Assembly (NCBI GenBank): GCA_009692555.1 | Contig: SHYY01000001.1 | Span: 27,393 to 91,392, forward strand | Direction of reading: 5' to 3' | Source: Myxococcales bacterium | Lineage (GTDB): Bacteria; Myxococcota_A; Polyangia; Palsa-1104; SHYY01 | DNA length: 64,000 bases | Shown here: piece after piece, positions 1-8,491 of the stretch | Layout of the letters: every line of letters begins with the position of its first letter | Position numbering within the stretch: the stretch's first letter is position 1 | Notes under the pieces: model-generated | What the model saw: the letters and a program-made list of their open reading frames with translations, nothing else | The model's database searches: none | Told to the model about the DNA's origin: nothing | Program-made: the position numbers and the translations under genes

Positions 1-531
1 ACGCCATGCAGGTGAAGGTCTGCACCAGGTTCTGGTGCAGCGGCAGGTTGTTCGCGCCCATCCCTGCCTGGTCGAAGGCGTACTTGATGAAGCGCGCGCC
101 GAGCGGCGGCTTGCACGTGTTGGGGGCCGCGGCGCCAACGGCGATCAGCTTGCCCTGCTGGCCGCCCGGAGAGGGCTGGCAGCCGGGGCGCCCGTCGAGC
201 CCGCGCCGTAGTCCGACGAGGCGACGCCGATCTGGAGGTCGGCGTAGGTGCCCTTGTCGGCGAGGTCCTTGAAGACCTTGAAGAACTGTCCGAAGCGGTC
301 CTTGAGCTGGTTCGACATCGCCGACATGGAGTTCGAGTTGTCGACCATGAACAGGACGTCCACCTTGTTCTTCAGGTGATGCTTGACGCGAATCTCGACG
401 GTGGGCTGGAGCTTCATGTCGCCGCCCGCTCCCCCGTCCCCCAGCGGCTCGTCCCCCAGCGGACGGCTGGCTCCCGAACAGCCGAAAAGCGCGGCGGTGG
501 CGAGCGCGAGAACGATCCGGATGGCGCGCAC
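1..531 (-). CDS. VWA-domain lipoprotein, N-terminal part; the gene runs off the window start and has a frame break near nt 190-215
   Basis: Signal peptide plus lipobox (LFGCSG). [12 protein letters not shown] matches the VWA MIDAS motif (DxSxS). After the annotated stop at 145 another frame still reads as coding ([39 protein letters not shown]), so the ORF is split by an indel. Confidence 0.6.
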
Positions 532-602
532 GGGCTCCCCCTTTTTTCAGGACGCGCCGACAGCGTACCACCGGACGTGGAATCGGGTATCGTGCGGCGG
601 CC

Positions 603-2567
603 ATGGTCGAAAACTCCGGGCCCAATGTCGCTCGCGAACCGTCGCCGAAGCACAAGGTGGAGCCGCCCGGCGTGCTGCGGCGCTTCCTGGTCCCGCAGGG
701 GGAGCGCCACGAGGCCGGCCACGCCACCTACCCCTGGTACAACGTCCTCTGGCTGACCGGCGTCGACTACTTCTCGACGCTCGGCTACCAGCCCGGCATC
801 GCCTTCCTCGCCGCGGGCGTGCTCTCGCCGCTGGCGACGGCGGTGCTGGTGGTGGTCACCCTCGCCGGCGCGCTGCCGGTCTACGCCCAGGTGGCGAAGC
901 GCTCCTTCGCGGGGCAGGGCTCGATCGCGATGCTCGAGCGGCTGCTCCCGGGCTGGGGCGGCAAGTTCTTCGTGCTCGCGCTGCTTGGCTTCGCCGCCAC
1001 CGACTTCGTCATCACGATGACCCTCTCCGCCGCCGACGCCGCCCAGCACGCCGTCGAGAACCCGTTCCTCCACCGGGTGATCGGGCCGCACGCGATGGCG
1101 GTCACCTTCGTGCTGCTGATCCTCCTCGCGATCGTCTTCCTGCGCGGCTTCACCGAGGCGATCGGCCTCGCCGCGCTGGTCGGGATCCCCTACATCGCGC
1201 TCAACGTGGTGGTGGTCGGGCGCGGCTTCATCGAGCTCCTCCACCACCCGGAGGCGATCACCTCGTGGAAGCTCTCGCTCGCCGCCCGGGGCGATCCGGT
1301 GATGCTCCTCCTCGGCGCGGGGCTGATCTTTCCGAAGCTGGCGCTCGGCATGTCGGGCTTCGAGACCGGCGTCTCGGTGATGCCGCTGGTGCGCGGCAAG
1401 GCGGGCGAAGGCATGCCGCCGGCGGCGCGGATCCGCAACACGCAGCGGCTGCTGGTGGTGGCAGCGGTGATCATGAGCGTGATGCTGCTGTGCTCGAGCG
1501 TGATCACCACAACGCTCATTCCGGCCAGCGAGTTCGCCGCGGGCGGCAAGGCCTCGGGACGCGCGCTCGCCTTCCTGGCCCACGAGCTGCTCGGCGAGCT
1601 GTTCGGCACGGTCTACGACGTGAGCACGATCGTCATCCTGTGGTTCGCCGGCGCGTCGGCGATGGCGGGGCTCCTGAACCTCATCCCGCGCTACCTTCCG
1701 CGCTTCGGGATGGCCCCGGAGTGGGCGCTGCACTCGCGGCCCCTGGTGCTGATCCTCCTCGGGATCAACCTCTTCGTGACCTGGATCTTCAAGGCCAATG
1801 TCGAGGCCCAGGGCGGCGCCTACGCCACCGGCGTGCTGGTGCTGATGCTCTCGGCGTCGGTGGCGGTGGCGCTCTCGCTGTGGCGCGAGGCGACGACGGC
1901 CGGGCGGAGCCATAGCGGGAGCATCTACTTCTGGGGGGTGACGCTGGTGCTCGCCTACACCCTCATCGACAACGTCTTCGAGCGGCCCGACGGCGTGATC
2001 ATCGCCGGCTTCTTCATCCTCGGAATCATGGTCGCGAGCGGCATCAGCCGCTATCGGCGCGCCACCGAGCTGCGGGTCGAGAACATCACCTTCATCGACG
2101 AGGAATCGCGCCTGCTGTGGCACTCGATGATGGGGAAGGAGGTCAACCTCATCCCGATCCGCACCCTCGATCCCGACCGCCGCAAGGTCAAGACGGCGCA
2201 GCTCCGCGAGCACTACAACGCCACCGGGCCGATGGTGTATCTCCACGTCGACCTGGCCGACGACCGGAGCGACTTCAACGCCGCGGTGACGGCCTCGGTC
2301 ACCTGCCAGGGCGAGGAGGACGAGTTCGTGATCGACATTCGCGGCGCGGTGGCGGTGGCCAACACCATCGCCTGGTGCTCGGAGCAGCTCGATCCGATCG
2401 CGCTCTACCTGGAGCTGTCGCTGCGCAACCCGTTCACCCAGGCGCTCACCTACCTCCTGTGGGGCGAGGGCGAGACCGGGATTCTCGTCTACCAGATCCT
2501 GGTGCGCTACTGGCACAGCACGTCGGAGGACGACGTGCGGCCGCTGATCTTCCTGGTCAGTCCGTAA
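603..2567 (+). CDS. Polytopic membrane transporter, APC-superfamily-like amino acid/polyamine permease with a C-terminal cytoplasmic extension
   Basis: 654-aa ORF with about 12 hydrophobic segments. [31 protein letters not shown] fits the APC AEL..P..GG.Y consensus region. The coding frame is clean against long antisense artefact ORFs. Confidence 0.5.
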   Translation: MVENSGPNVAREPSPKHKVEPPGVLRRFLVPQGERHEAGHATYPWYNVLWLTGVDYFSTLGYQPGIAFLAAGVLSPLATAVLVVVTLAGALPVYAQVAKRSFAGQGSIAMLERLLPGWGGKFFVLALLGFAATDFVITMTLSAADAAQHAVENPFLHRVIGPHAMAVTFVLLILLAIVFLRGFTEAIGLAALVGIPYIALNVVVVGRGFIELLHHPEAITSWKLSLAARGDPVMLLLGAGLIFPKLALGMSGFETGVSVMPLVRGKAGEGMPPAARIRNTQRLLVVAAVIMSVMLLCSSVITTTLIPASEFAAGGKASGRALAFLAHELLGELFGTVYDVSTIVILWFAGASAMAGLLNLIPRYLPRFGMAPEWALHSRPLVLILLGINLFVTWIFKANVEAQGGAYATGVLVLMLSASVAVALSLWREATTAGRSHSGSIYFWGVTLVLAYTLIDNVFERPDGVIIAGFFILGIMVASGISRYRRATELRVENITFIDEESRLLWHSMMGKEVNLIPIRTLDPDRRKVKTAQLREHYNATGPMVYLHVDLADDRSDFNAAVTASVTCQGEEDEFVIDIRGAVAVANTIAWCSEQLDPIALYLELSLRNPFTQALTYLLWGEGETGILVYQILVRYWHSTSEDDVRPLIFLVSP

Positions 2568-2671
2568 GGCAGGGATCGGATCAGATCGGAGTCAGAAGGT
2601 GACGCGGAGGCCGGCCGGCGAGAGCGCGATGCGCGCCGGCGCCTTGGACCGCCCTTTCAGCACGAAGGCGA

Positions 2672-3298
2672 TCACCGTCGCTGTGGCGGCCACGGCGGCG
2701 GTCGCGAAGAGGACGTAGCCGATGGTGGCCGGGGTGCGGATCTCGTCCAGGGTTGCGTCGTCGCAGTCGTGGCGCTGTCCGCACGGGCTCGCGGTCGCGT
2801 CGGATAGCGCGCGCCTGCCACGCCGAGGGCGGAGGCGCCGCCGGCGAGGAGCGCCACTGTGCCGGCCGCCAGCACCCAGGTCGCGATGCGACGGCGCGGT
2901 GGCGCTTCCGTCCGGGGCGCGACCACCACCGGCGGCGCCACGATCCGTGCGGCGTCGAGCTGCCGCTGGAGCGCAACGATCCGGAGGCGCACCTCCGCGC
3001 CGTCGACGGCCTCCGGATCCGCTTGCAGATAGGTGCGGTAGGAGACCACGGCGTCCTCCGGGCGCCCCTCGTGCTCGTAGCAGCGCGCGATGTTGTAGTG
3101 GAACGCGGCCAGCGGCTTCACGCGCAGCGCGGCCTCGAACTCCCGGCGCGCCTCCTCCCAGCGCTCGGCGCGGAAGAGCTCGCTGCCGCGACGGTAGTTG
3201 GCCTTGGCGATCTGCGTGGCGGGGTCGTCCTCGCCGCGCGCCGCACCGGCCAAGAGGAGGAGCCCGAAGGCCACCGACAGCGGGCGGAGCGGCCTCAT
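2672..3298 (-). CDS. Secreted TPR-repeat protein with a C-terminal transmembrane anchor
   Basis: Start MRPLRPLSVAFGLLLLAGAARG (signal peptide). TPR-like helices (YNIARCYEHEGRPEDAVVSYRTYLQ). Hydrophobic stretch WVLAAGTVALLAGGASALGV near the C-terminus. Its ATG overlaps the stop of the upstream FG-GAP gene (ATGA). Confidence 0.7.
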   Translation of the reverse strand: MRPLRPLSVAFGLLLLAGAARGEDDPATQIAKANYRRGSELFRAERWEEARREFEAALRVKPLAAFHYNIARCYEHEGRPEDAVVSYRTYLQADPEAVDGAEVRLRIVALQRQLDAARIVAPPVVVAPRTEAPPRRRIATWVLAAGTVALLAGGASALGVAGARYPTRPRARADSATTATTQPWTRSAPRPPSATSSSRPPPWPPQRR

Positions 3299-4302
3299 GG
3301 CAGCGTCGTGTTGAGGAGCACGGTGACGCTGTTGCCACCGAGGTTCGCCACCACCAGATCGCCGCGCCCGTCCTGGTTGAAGTCCGCGGTGGCGATGTGG
3401 ATCGGCCCCGCACCGACGAGCTGCTGCTGCGCAGGCAAGGGCGTGAAGAGGCCCTGCCCGTCGCCCAGAAGCGGAATCACCGTGTTCGCGGCGCGATCGG
3501 TCACCACCAGATCGAGCTTGCCGTCCTTGTTCAGATTCACCGCCACCACGGACGTCAGGTCCACTCCGGTGGCGAACGCGATCAGGTTGCCGGTGCCGTA
3601 CTTCAAGGACACCGCGATGTTCTTTCCGCCGACCACCACCACCTCGAGCGCCTTGTCGCCGTCGAGCGCAGCGACGGTGAGGCCGACGACCGGGAAGCCG
3701 ACCGGGTGGGCGGTGTTGAGGAGCAGCATGTCGGCCACCTGCAAGGCGGTCGCGAAGCCGCCCGCGTTGGTGGTGCCGACGACGAGGTCGAGCAGGTTGT
3801 CGGCGTTCAGATCGGACACCAGCAGCGTGTTGGCGATGGGGAGGTTGCCCTGCGGCATCCCCACGGTCTGCCAGGAGATGAAGTCGCCCGCGATCGGCTT
3901 CCGCTTGATGTGGATCCCGCTGCCGGCCGAAAGCGCGCCCGCGATATCGCCGGTGCCGTCCCCGTCGAGGTCGCCGATCCCGACGCCGTTGATCGCGCCG
4001 CTCCAGACCCCCGTGTCGGCGGCCGTGACGGTGCCCTGGCCGGCGCCGAACAGCGCGCTCACCAACTGTTTGGCGCCCAGGTTGTTGGCGGTTGCGACAT
4101 CGGCGACCTTCGGGTTGCCGAAGCTGCCCCGCGCCAGAGCGATCGGAGCCCCGCCCCCGATGCCCACGTTGGGCACGATCGAGCAGGGCGTCCCCGGCCC
4201 GGGCACGAACGCGAGGCCCAGCTTGGAGTTCAGGAACACGCTCACCGACGCGGTCCCCTGGTTCGCGACGGCGATGTCCGGCACCACGTCGCCGTCGAAA
4301 AA
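3295..4302 (-). CDS. FG-GAP/VCBS repeat (integrin-alpha-like beta-propeller) protein; the native N-terminus and signal peptide appear to be missing
   Basis: Repeated motifs DLNADNLLDLVVG, NLNKDGKLDLVV and DFNQDGRGDLVVAN. The paralog at 29318-30595 has a lipoprotein signal peptide but this copy has none. Upstream the frame switches into the four-helix-bundle ORF at an A5 run (about 4297-4301). Confidence 0.65.
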   Translation of the reverse strand, partial: FFDGDVVPDIAVANQGTASVSVFLNSKLGLAFVPGPGTPCSIVPNVGIGGGAPIALARGSFGNPKVADVATANNLGAKQLVSALFGAGQGTVTAADTGVWSGAINGVGIGDLDGDGTGDIAGALSAGSGIHIKRKPIAGDFISWQTVGMPQGNLPIANTLLVSDLNADNLLDLVVGTTNAGGFATALQVADMLLLNTAHPVGFPVVGLTVAALDGDKALEVVVVGGKNIAVSLKYGTGNLIAFATGVDLTSVVAVNLNKDGKLDLVVTDRAANTVIPLLGDGQGLFTPLPAQQQLVGAGPIHIATADFNQDGRGDLVVANLGGNSVTVLLNTTLP

Positions 4303-4588
4303 TCCGGTCACCAGCGACGAGGGCGTGCTGGACCGCAAAGGCATCCCCGATCGCCTTGCACTCCATCGCGGAGCCGCGGGCGATGCTGTAGAAGCGGGCG
4401 CCATCCGGCGCTCCGAAGCGGCCCGCTCCCTCGGCGATGTTCCAGGGGATGGAGAGCGCCGCACGTTTGAGCTGATCAGTGAGAAACGAGTTCCCCCTGG
4501 GGGCGCTCGTCGCGATCTGCGACGCAAGGGCGAGGAGCTCGATGGCGCGGCGATAGACGTCGAGCTTCTGGTCGGCCAGCAGGGGCAT
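4297..4588 (-). CDS. Four-helix-bundle protein (PF05635 / TIGR02436-like, the 23S rRNA IVS protein family), apparently 3'-truncated or fused to the FG-GAP gene
   Basis: MPLLADQKLDVYRRAIELLALASQIA...LKRAALSIPWNIAEGAGRFGAPDGARFYSIARGSAMECKAIGDAF matches the family consensus (..QIRRAA.SIP.NIAEG..R....F..F..IA.GS..E..). AGGAGG lies immediately upstream. There is no in-frame stop after about 97 codons; reading switches frame into FG-GAP repeats. Confidence 0.65.
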
Positions 4589-4730
4589 CCTCCTGTGTGG
4601 CCAGGGGGGGCGGTTGGCAGGAGGAATTTGTCGCGGGAGGAAGTTCGATTGCCGTCGCTGCGGACGGGACGACTACGACTACGACTACGACTACGACTAC
4701 GTGACGAGCAAGAGCCAGCAAGAGGGCCCC
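4556..4730. repeat. Copy A of a roughly 180-bp repeat (5' end of the four-helix-bundle gene plus its upstream region) containing the (GACTAC)5 hexamer microsatellite at about 4671-4700
   Basis: Aligns at about 90% identity with 42528-42705, including GGCAGGAGGAATTT..GGGAGGAA..TTCGATTGCCGTCGCTGCGGACGGGACGACTACGACTAC..GTGACGAGCAAGAGCCAGCAAGAGGGCCCC. Confidence 0.8.
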
Positions 4731-4779
4731 TCCGCTGTGAAGCACCCGGCCGCGCCGCGGCGGAGCCATGCCGCCAGGA

Positions 4780-6141
4780 TCACTCCGCGGAGGTGGGGGC
4801 CCAGCGACGGTTCTGGCGGACCGTTGCGAGCAACACCTCCCCGGCCGCGCGCACGGCCGCGTCGCCCGAAAGCGCGATCGCTCGCGTCAGGTGCGGCTCG
4901 GCAAATCGACCGAGGGCGAGGAAGCGGGCACGGGCGGCCTCACGCTTTTCCGGGCTGCGGCCGGGAGCGCCGAGGTCGTCGAGCCAGGTGCCGAGCGCGC
5001 TCTCGTGATCGGGGGAGACCAGCTCCAGGCGGATCACCATGGTGCGAATCACCTGGTCGGGCCGGGGCGTGAGCTCGAGCGGGATCACCTGCTCGGTGCG
5101 CGCCTGCGGAAGGAGGTAGAGGAGCCGCACCCCGGGCGTGAGGAAGTAGGAGCGCTCCCACGTGTCGACCATCGCCTGCGCTTCGTCGCGGAAGAGGCCG
5201 TCCTCGACGAGGCGGTTGGAGAGCGCGTCCTTGAGCGTCTGCACGAACAGCGGGTGGGAGAGGGTCGGCTCGGGCAGCTTTGCGGCGAGGGTGGCGCCCG
5301 CCGGGAGATCGCCGAGCAGCGCAAAGCCGGCGCTGGTCGGGGTGACCACCAGGAGGACGAGACCCCCCATCTTCAGCGCGTGGTCGGCGTTCGCGAACTT
5401 CGGCTGGCTGCGTCCCGAGGCGGCATCGAAGTTCCAGCTCGGGTGGACCGGCAGGTCGAAGTTGCCGAGGCCGCGGTAGAAGAGGAACTTCTCCGTCTGG
5501 GTCTCGGAGGAGTTCGGCCGGGTGACGCGGATCGGGTTGGAGGCGGTGTTGCGTGCGAACGCCCAGGTGGTCTGGCCGAGCGGGCTCGCGAGATCCCTGG
5601 CGTTGTGGGGCGGGAGCACGTCGACGGTGCCCCAGTCGAGCATGCCCCCGTGCAGCGGTCCGGAAAAGGTCGCCTTGCACGCCTCGGAGCGCAGATCGGT
5701 GCGCAGCCACGGGTCGACCAGGCCGCCCCCACCCGCGATGACCATCGGCGCGGTCGCCTTCACGTAGGGGAACCACTGGGTGAACAGACCGTCGGTGAAG
5801 TGGACCCGCGCCTTCACCGAGAGCGCGCTCGGGAAGTAGAAGTAGGTGACCGGTGTCTCCATCTTCTGGTGGACCGGTGGGATGTTGTTGCCGGCGGCGC
5901 GGTCGGCGACGAAGCCCGGGAGGTCCTCCTCTTCGTGGTGCAGGCCGGGGAGGAGGGTGCCGTCGCTGCCGACCACCGAGGTGAGGGTGCCCCATTCGTG
6001 GACCACGAACCCTTCGCTGGCCTGATAGACCGGTTTCAGCGGGATCGGCCGATCGGACGGCGGTGGATCGTCGGCGAAGGGGGCCTGGGCGGTGCAGGCG
6101 GCGAGGAGAAGCAGGGCAAGCGCGAGAGTTCGAGGGGTCAT
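4780..6141 (-). CDS. Lipoprotein of unknown function (453 aa)
   Basis: MTPRTLALALLLLAACTAQ gives a signal peptide and lipobox. The coding frame is clean and the amino-acid composition is not Arg/Ala-biased as in antisense artefact frames. Confidence 0.7.
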   Translation of the reverse strand: MTPRTLALALLLLAACTAQAPFADDPPPSDRPIPLKPVYQASEGFVVHEWGTLTSVVGSDGTLLPGLHHEEEDLPGFVADRAAGNNIPPVHQKMETPVTYFYFPSALSVKARVHFTDGLFTQWFPYVKATAPMVIAGGGGLVDPWLRTDLRSEACKATFSGPLHGGMLDWGTVDVLPPHNARDLASPLGQTTWAFARNTASNPIRVTRPNSSETQTEKFLFYRGLGNFDLPVHPSWNFDAASGRSQPKFANADHALKMGGLVLLVVTPTSAGFALLGDLPAGATLAAKLPEPTLSHPLFVQTLKDALSNRLVEDGLFRDEAQAMVDTWERSYFLTPGVRLLYLLPQARTEQVIPLELTPRPDQVIRTMVIRLELVSPDHESALGTWLDDLGAPGRSPEKREAARARFLALGRFAEPHLTRAIALSGDAAVRAAGEVLLATVRQNRRWAPTSAE

Positions 6142-6224
6142 GGTGGCCTCCTGTCAAAGGGCCGTCCTGCCTGCCTAGTGACGGGATCGGCGCGGACCTT
6201 ACGATGTGGTAGAAATCGGCCGCC

Positions 6225-7550
6225 ATGCGGACCACCCAGGACATCATCACGCGCCTCCTGCGCAACATTGGCACGCGCAAGGAGGTCGAGCAGTACCTGA
6301 AGCAGTTCTCGAGCGTCGATTCGCGGAAGTTCGCGGTGATCAAGGTCGGCGGGAACATCATCGCGCGCGAGCTCGACAGCCTCGCCTCGTCGCTGACCTT
6401 CCTCCATCACGTCGGCCTCTACCCGATCGTCCTCCATGGGGCGGGGCCGCAGCTCGACGAGACGCTGGCCGCGGCGGGGATCGTGACCTCGCGGGTCGAT
6501 GGCCTCCGCGTGACGCCGCCCGAGGCGCTCGACGTGGCGCGCAGGGTGTTCCAGCGCGAGAACCTCCGGCTGGTCGACGCGCTCGAGGAGCTCGGCACCC
6601 GCGCGCGGCCGATCCTCTCGGGGGTGTTCGAGGCCGAGCCGATCGATCGCGAGCGCCTCGGCCTGGTCGGGCGGGTGACGCGGATCCACCTCGAATCGAT
6701 CGAGGCGAGCATCCGCAGCGGCCACCTCCCGATCCTCGCCAGCCTCGGCGAAACCGCCGCCGGGCAAATATTGAACATCAACGCCGATGTCGCCGCGCGC
6801 GCCCTCGCCCTCGCGCTGGAGCCGTTCAAGATCATCTTCCTCACCGAGACCGGCGGCCTCCTCGACGGCGACGGGCAGCTGATCTCCGCGATCAACCTCG
6901 CGGAGGACTACGACGTGCTGATGGAGCAGCCGTGGCTGCACTCGGGGATGCGCCTCAAGATCCAGGAGATCAAGCAGCTCCTCGACGCGCTGCCGCACAC
7001 CTCGTCGGTGTCGATCACCTCGCCCGATCACCTCGCCAAGGAGCTCTTCACCCACCGCGGCTCGGGCACGCTGCTCCGCCAGGGCGAGCGCGTCGATCGC
7101 TTCGATGACACCGGCAGCTTCGAATCGGTCGACCGCGCGCGGCTGCGCAAGCTCCTCGAGGACTGCTTCCAGCGCCGCCTCGCGCCGGGCTACTTCGACG
7201 AGAAGAAGTTCTTCCGCATCTACCTCTCCGACGCCTACCGCGCCACCGCGATCCTCACCCGCGAGGGAGCGATTCCGTACCTCGACAAGTTCGCGGTGAC
7301 CCAGGAGGCGCAGGGCGCCGGCGTCGGTGGGTCGATGTGGGCACGCATGCAGCGCGACAACCCGCGCCTGTTCTGGCGCTCGCGCCACGACAACGCGATC
7401 AACGGCTGGTACTTCGAGCACGCCCAGGGGAGCCACAAGAGCGGGCAGTGGACCGTGTTCTGGTACGGCCTCGACGGCTTCGAGGAGATCCGGGGCTGCG
7501 TCGAGCGGGCGCTCGCGCTACCGCCCACCCTTGAAGAGCCCCAGGCGTGA
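6225..7550 (+). CDS. argB: Bifunctional N-acetylglutamate synthase/kinase (amino-acid kinase domain plus C-terminal NAT-type acetyltransferase domain)
   Basis: FAVIKVGGNII is the ArgB-type amino-acid-kinase motif. The 441-aa length with a C-terminal acetyltransferase-like region resembles the ArgA/B of Xanthomonadales and the vertebrate-like NAGS. It is immediately followed by argC and argH with GTGA overlaps. Confidence 0.75.
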   Translation: MRTTQDIITRLLRNIGTRKEVEQYLKQFSSVDSRKFAVIKVGGNIIARELDSLASSLTFLHHVGLYPIVLHGAGPQLDETLAAAGIVTSRVDGLRVTPPEALDVARRVFQRENLRLVDALEELGTRARPILSGVFEAEPIDRERLGLVGRVTRIHLESIEASIRSGHLPILASLGETAAGQILNINADVAARALALALEPFKIIFLTETGGLLDGDGQLISAINLAEDYDVLMEQPWLHSGMRLKIQEIKQLLDALPHTSSVSITSPDHLAKELFTHRGSGTLLRQGERVDRFDDTGSFESVDRARLRKLLEDCFQRRLAPGYFDEKKFFRIYLSDAYRATAILTREGAIPYLDKFAVTQEAQGAGVGGSMWARMQRDNPRLFWRSRHDNAINGWYFEHAQGSHKSGQWTVFWYGLDGFEEIRGCVERALALPPTLEEPQA

Positions 7551-8491
7551 ACCGCCGCACCGTCGGCGTGCTCGGCGCGCGCGGCCACGTCGGCACCGCC
7601 CTCCTGCCGCTCCTCGCCGCACACCCGTCGCTGCGCCTCGCGGCGGTCGGATCGCGCGCGCTCGCTGGTCGCGCCGTCGCTGACGAGATCCCGGATTTTC
7701 CACTGCCACTGGTTTTCGAAGATCTCTCGACGGAGGAGGTCGGCGCGCGCGCCCTCGATGGCTGGGTGCTCGCGCTCCCGAACGGCGAGGCGGCCCCCTA
7801 CGTCGCCGCGATCGCCGCCCATCGCCCCGACGCGGTGGTGGTCGATCTCAGCGCCGATTACCGCTTCGATCCCGCGTGGGCCTACGGCCTCGTGGAGAGG
7901 AACCGCGCCGCGCTCGCCCGGGCGCGACGGATCGCCAACCCCGGCTGCTACGCCACCGGGATGCAGCTCGCGATCGCGCCGCTCGCCGACCTCCTCGACG
8001 GCGCGGCGTACGTGTTCGGCGTCTCGGGCTACAGCGGCGCCGGCACCACCCCGTCGCCGAAGAACGATCCCGCGGCGCTGGCGGACAACGTCATGCCCTA
8101 CGGACTCGCCGCGCACCTCCACCAGCGCGAGGTCAGCCATCACACCCACAAGGTGCGCTTCCTGCCGCATGTGGCGCCCTTCTTCCGCGGGATCACCCTC
8201 ACCATCGCGCTCCCGCTGCGCGAGCCCTCGACGGCGGAGGCGCTCCGGGCGCGGGTCGCCGCGGCGTGGGCCGGCGAGCCGCTGGTGCGCGTGATCCACG
8301 AGATCCCGCTGGTGCGCGACGCGGTGGGCCGCCACGACGTGACCCTCGGCGGCTTCGCCGTCGGCCCGGACGGCCACAGCGCGGTGATGGTCGCCACCCT
8401 CGATAATCTCCTCAAGGGGGCGGCCACCCAGGCGCTGCAGAACCTGAACCTCGCGCTCGGTTTCGCCGAGCTGGCGGGCATTCCAGCGTGA
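7547..8491 (+). CDS. argC: N-acetyl-gamma-glutamyl-phosphate reductase
   Basis: N-terminal Rossmann segment VGVLGARGHVGTALLPLL. Active-site region NPGCYATG. Length 314 aa. Operon context argB-argC-argH. Confidence 0.9.
   Translation: MNRRTVGVLGARGHVGTALLPLLAAHPSLRLAAVGSRALAGRAVADEIPDFPLPLVFEDLSTEEVGARALDGWVLALPNGEAAPYVAAIAAHRPDAVVVDLSADYRFDPAWAYGLVERNRAALARARRIANPGCYATGMQLAIAPLADLLDGAAYVFGVSGYSGAGTTPSPKNDPAALADNVMPYGLAAHLHQREVSHHTHKVRFLPHVAPFFRGITLTIALPLREPSTAEALRARVAAAWAGEPLVRVIHEIPLVRDAVGRHDVTLGGFAVGPDGHSAVMVATLDNLLKGAATQALQNLNLALGFAELAGIPA

Noticed and set aside
2592-4588. 638-aa ORF 2672-4588 and 582-aa plus-strand ORF 2722-4470, treated as single genes
   Set aside because: The 638-aa frame is a read-through of three separate units (the four-helix-bundle gene, an out-of-frame stretch across the FG-GAP gene, and the TPR gene, which has its own ATG at 3298). 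The plus-strand ORF is antisense garbage.
4297-4588. Four-helix-bundle gene as an indicator of a 23S rRNA intervening sequence
   Set aside because: The family was first described inside 23S IVSs, but no rRNA-like sequence flanks either copy here. The copies are embedded in protein-coding context.
4614-5072. 152-aa plus-strand ORF starting in the (GACTAC)n repeat
   Set aside because: Only the first roughly 40 codons are conserved between the two repeat copies. The remainder is antisense to the lipoprotein gene at 4780-6141. Kept only as a short conserved peptide frame within the repeat finding.
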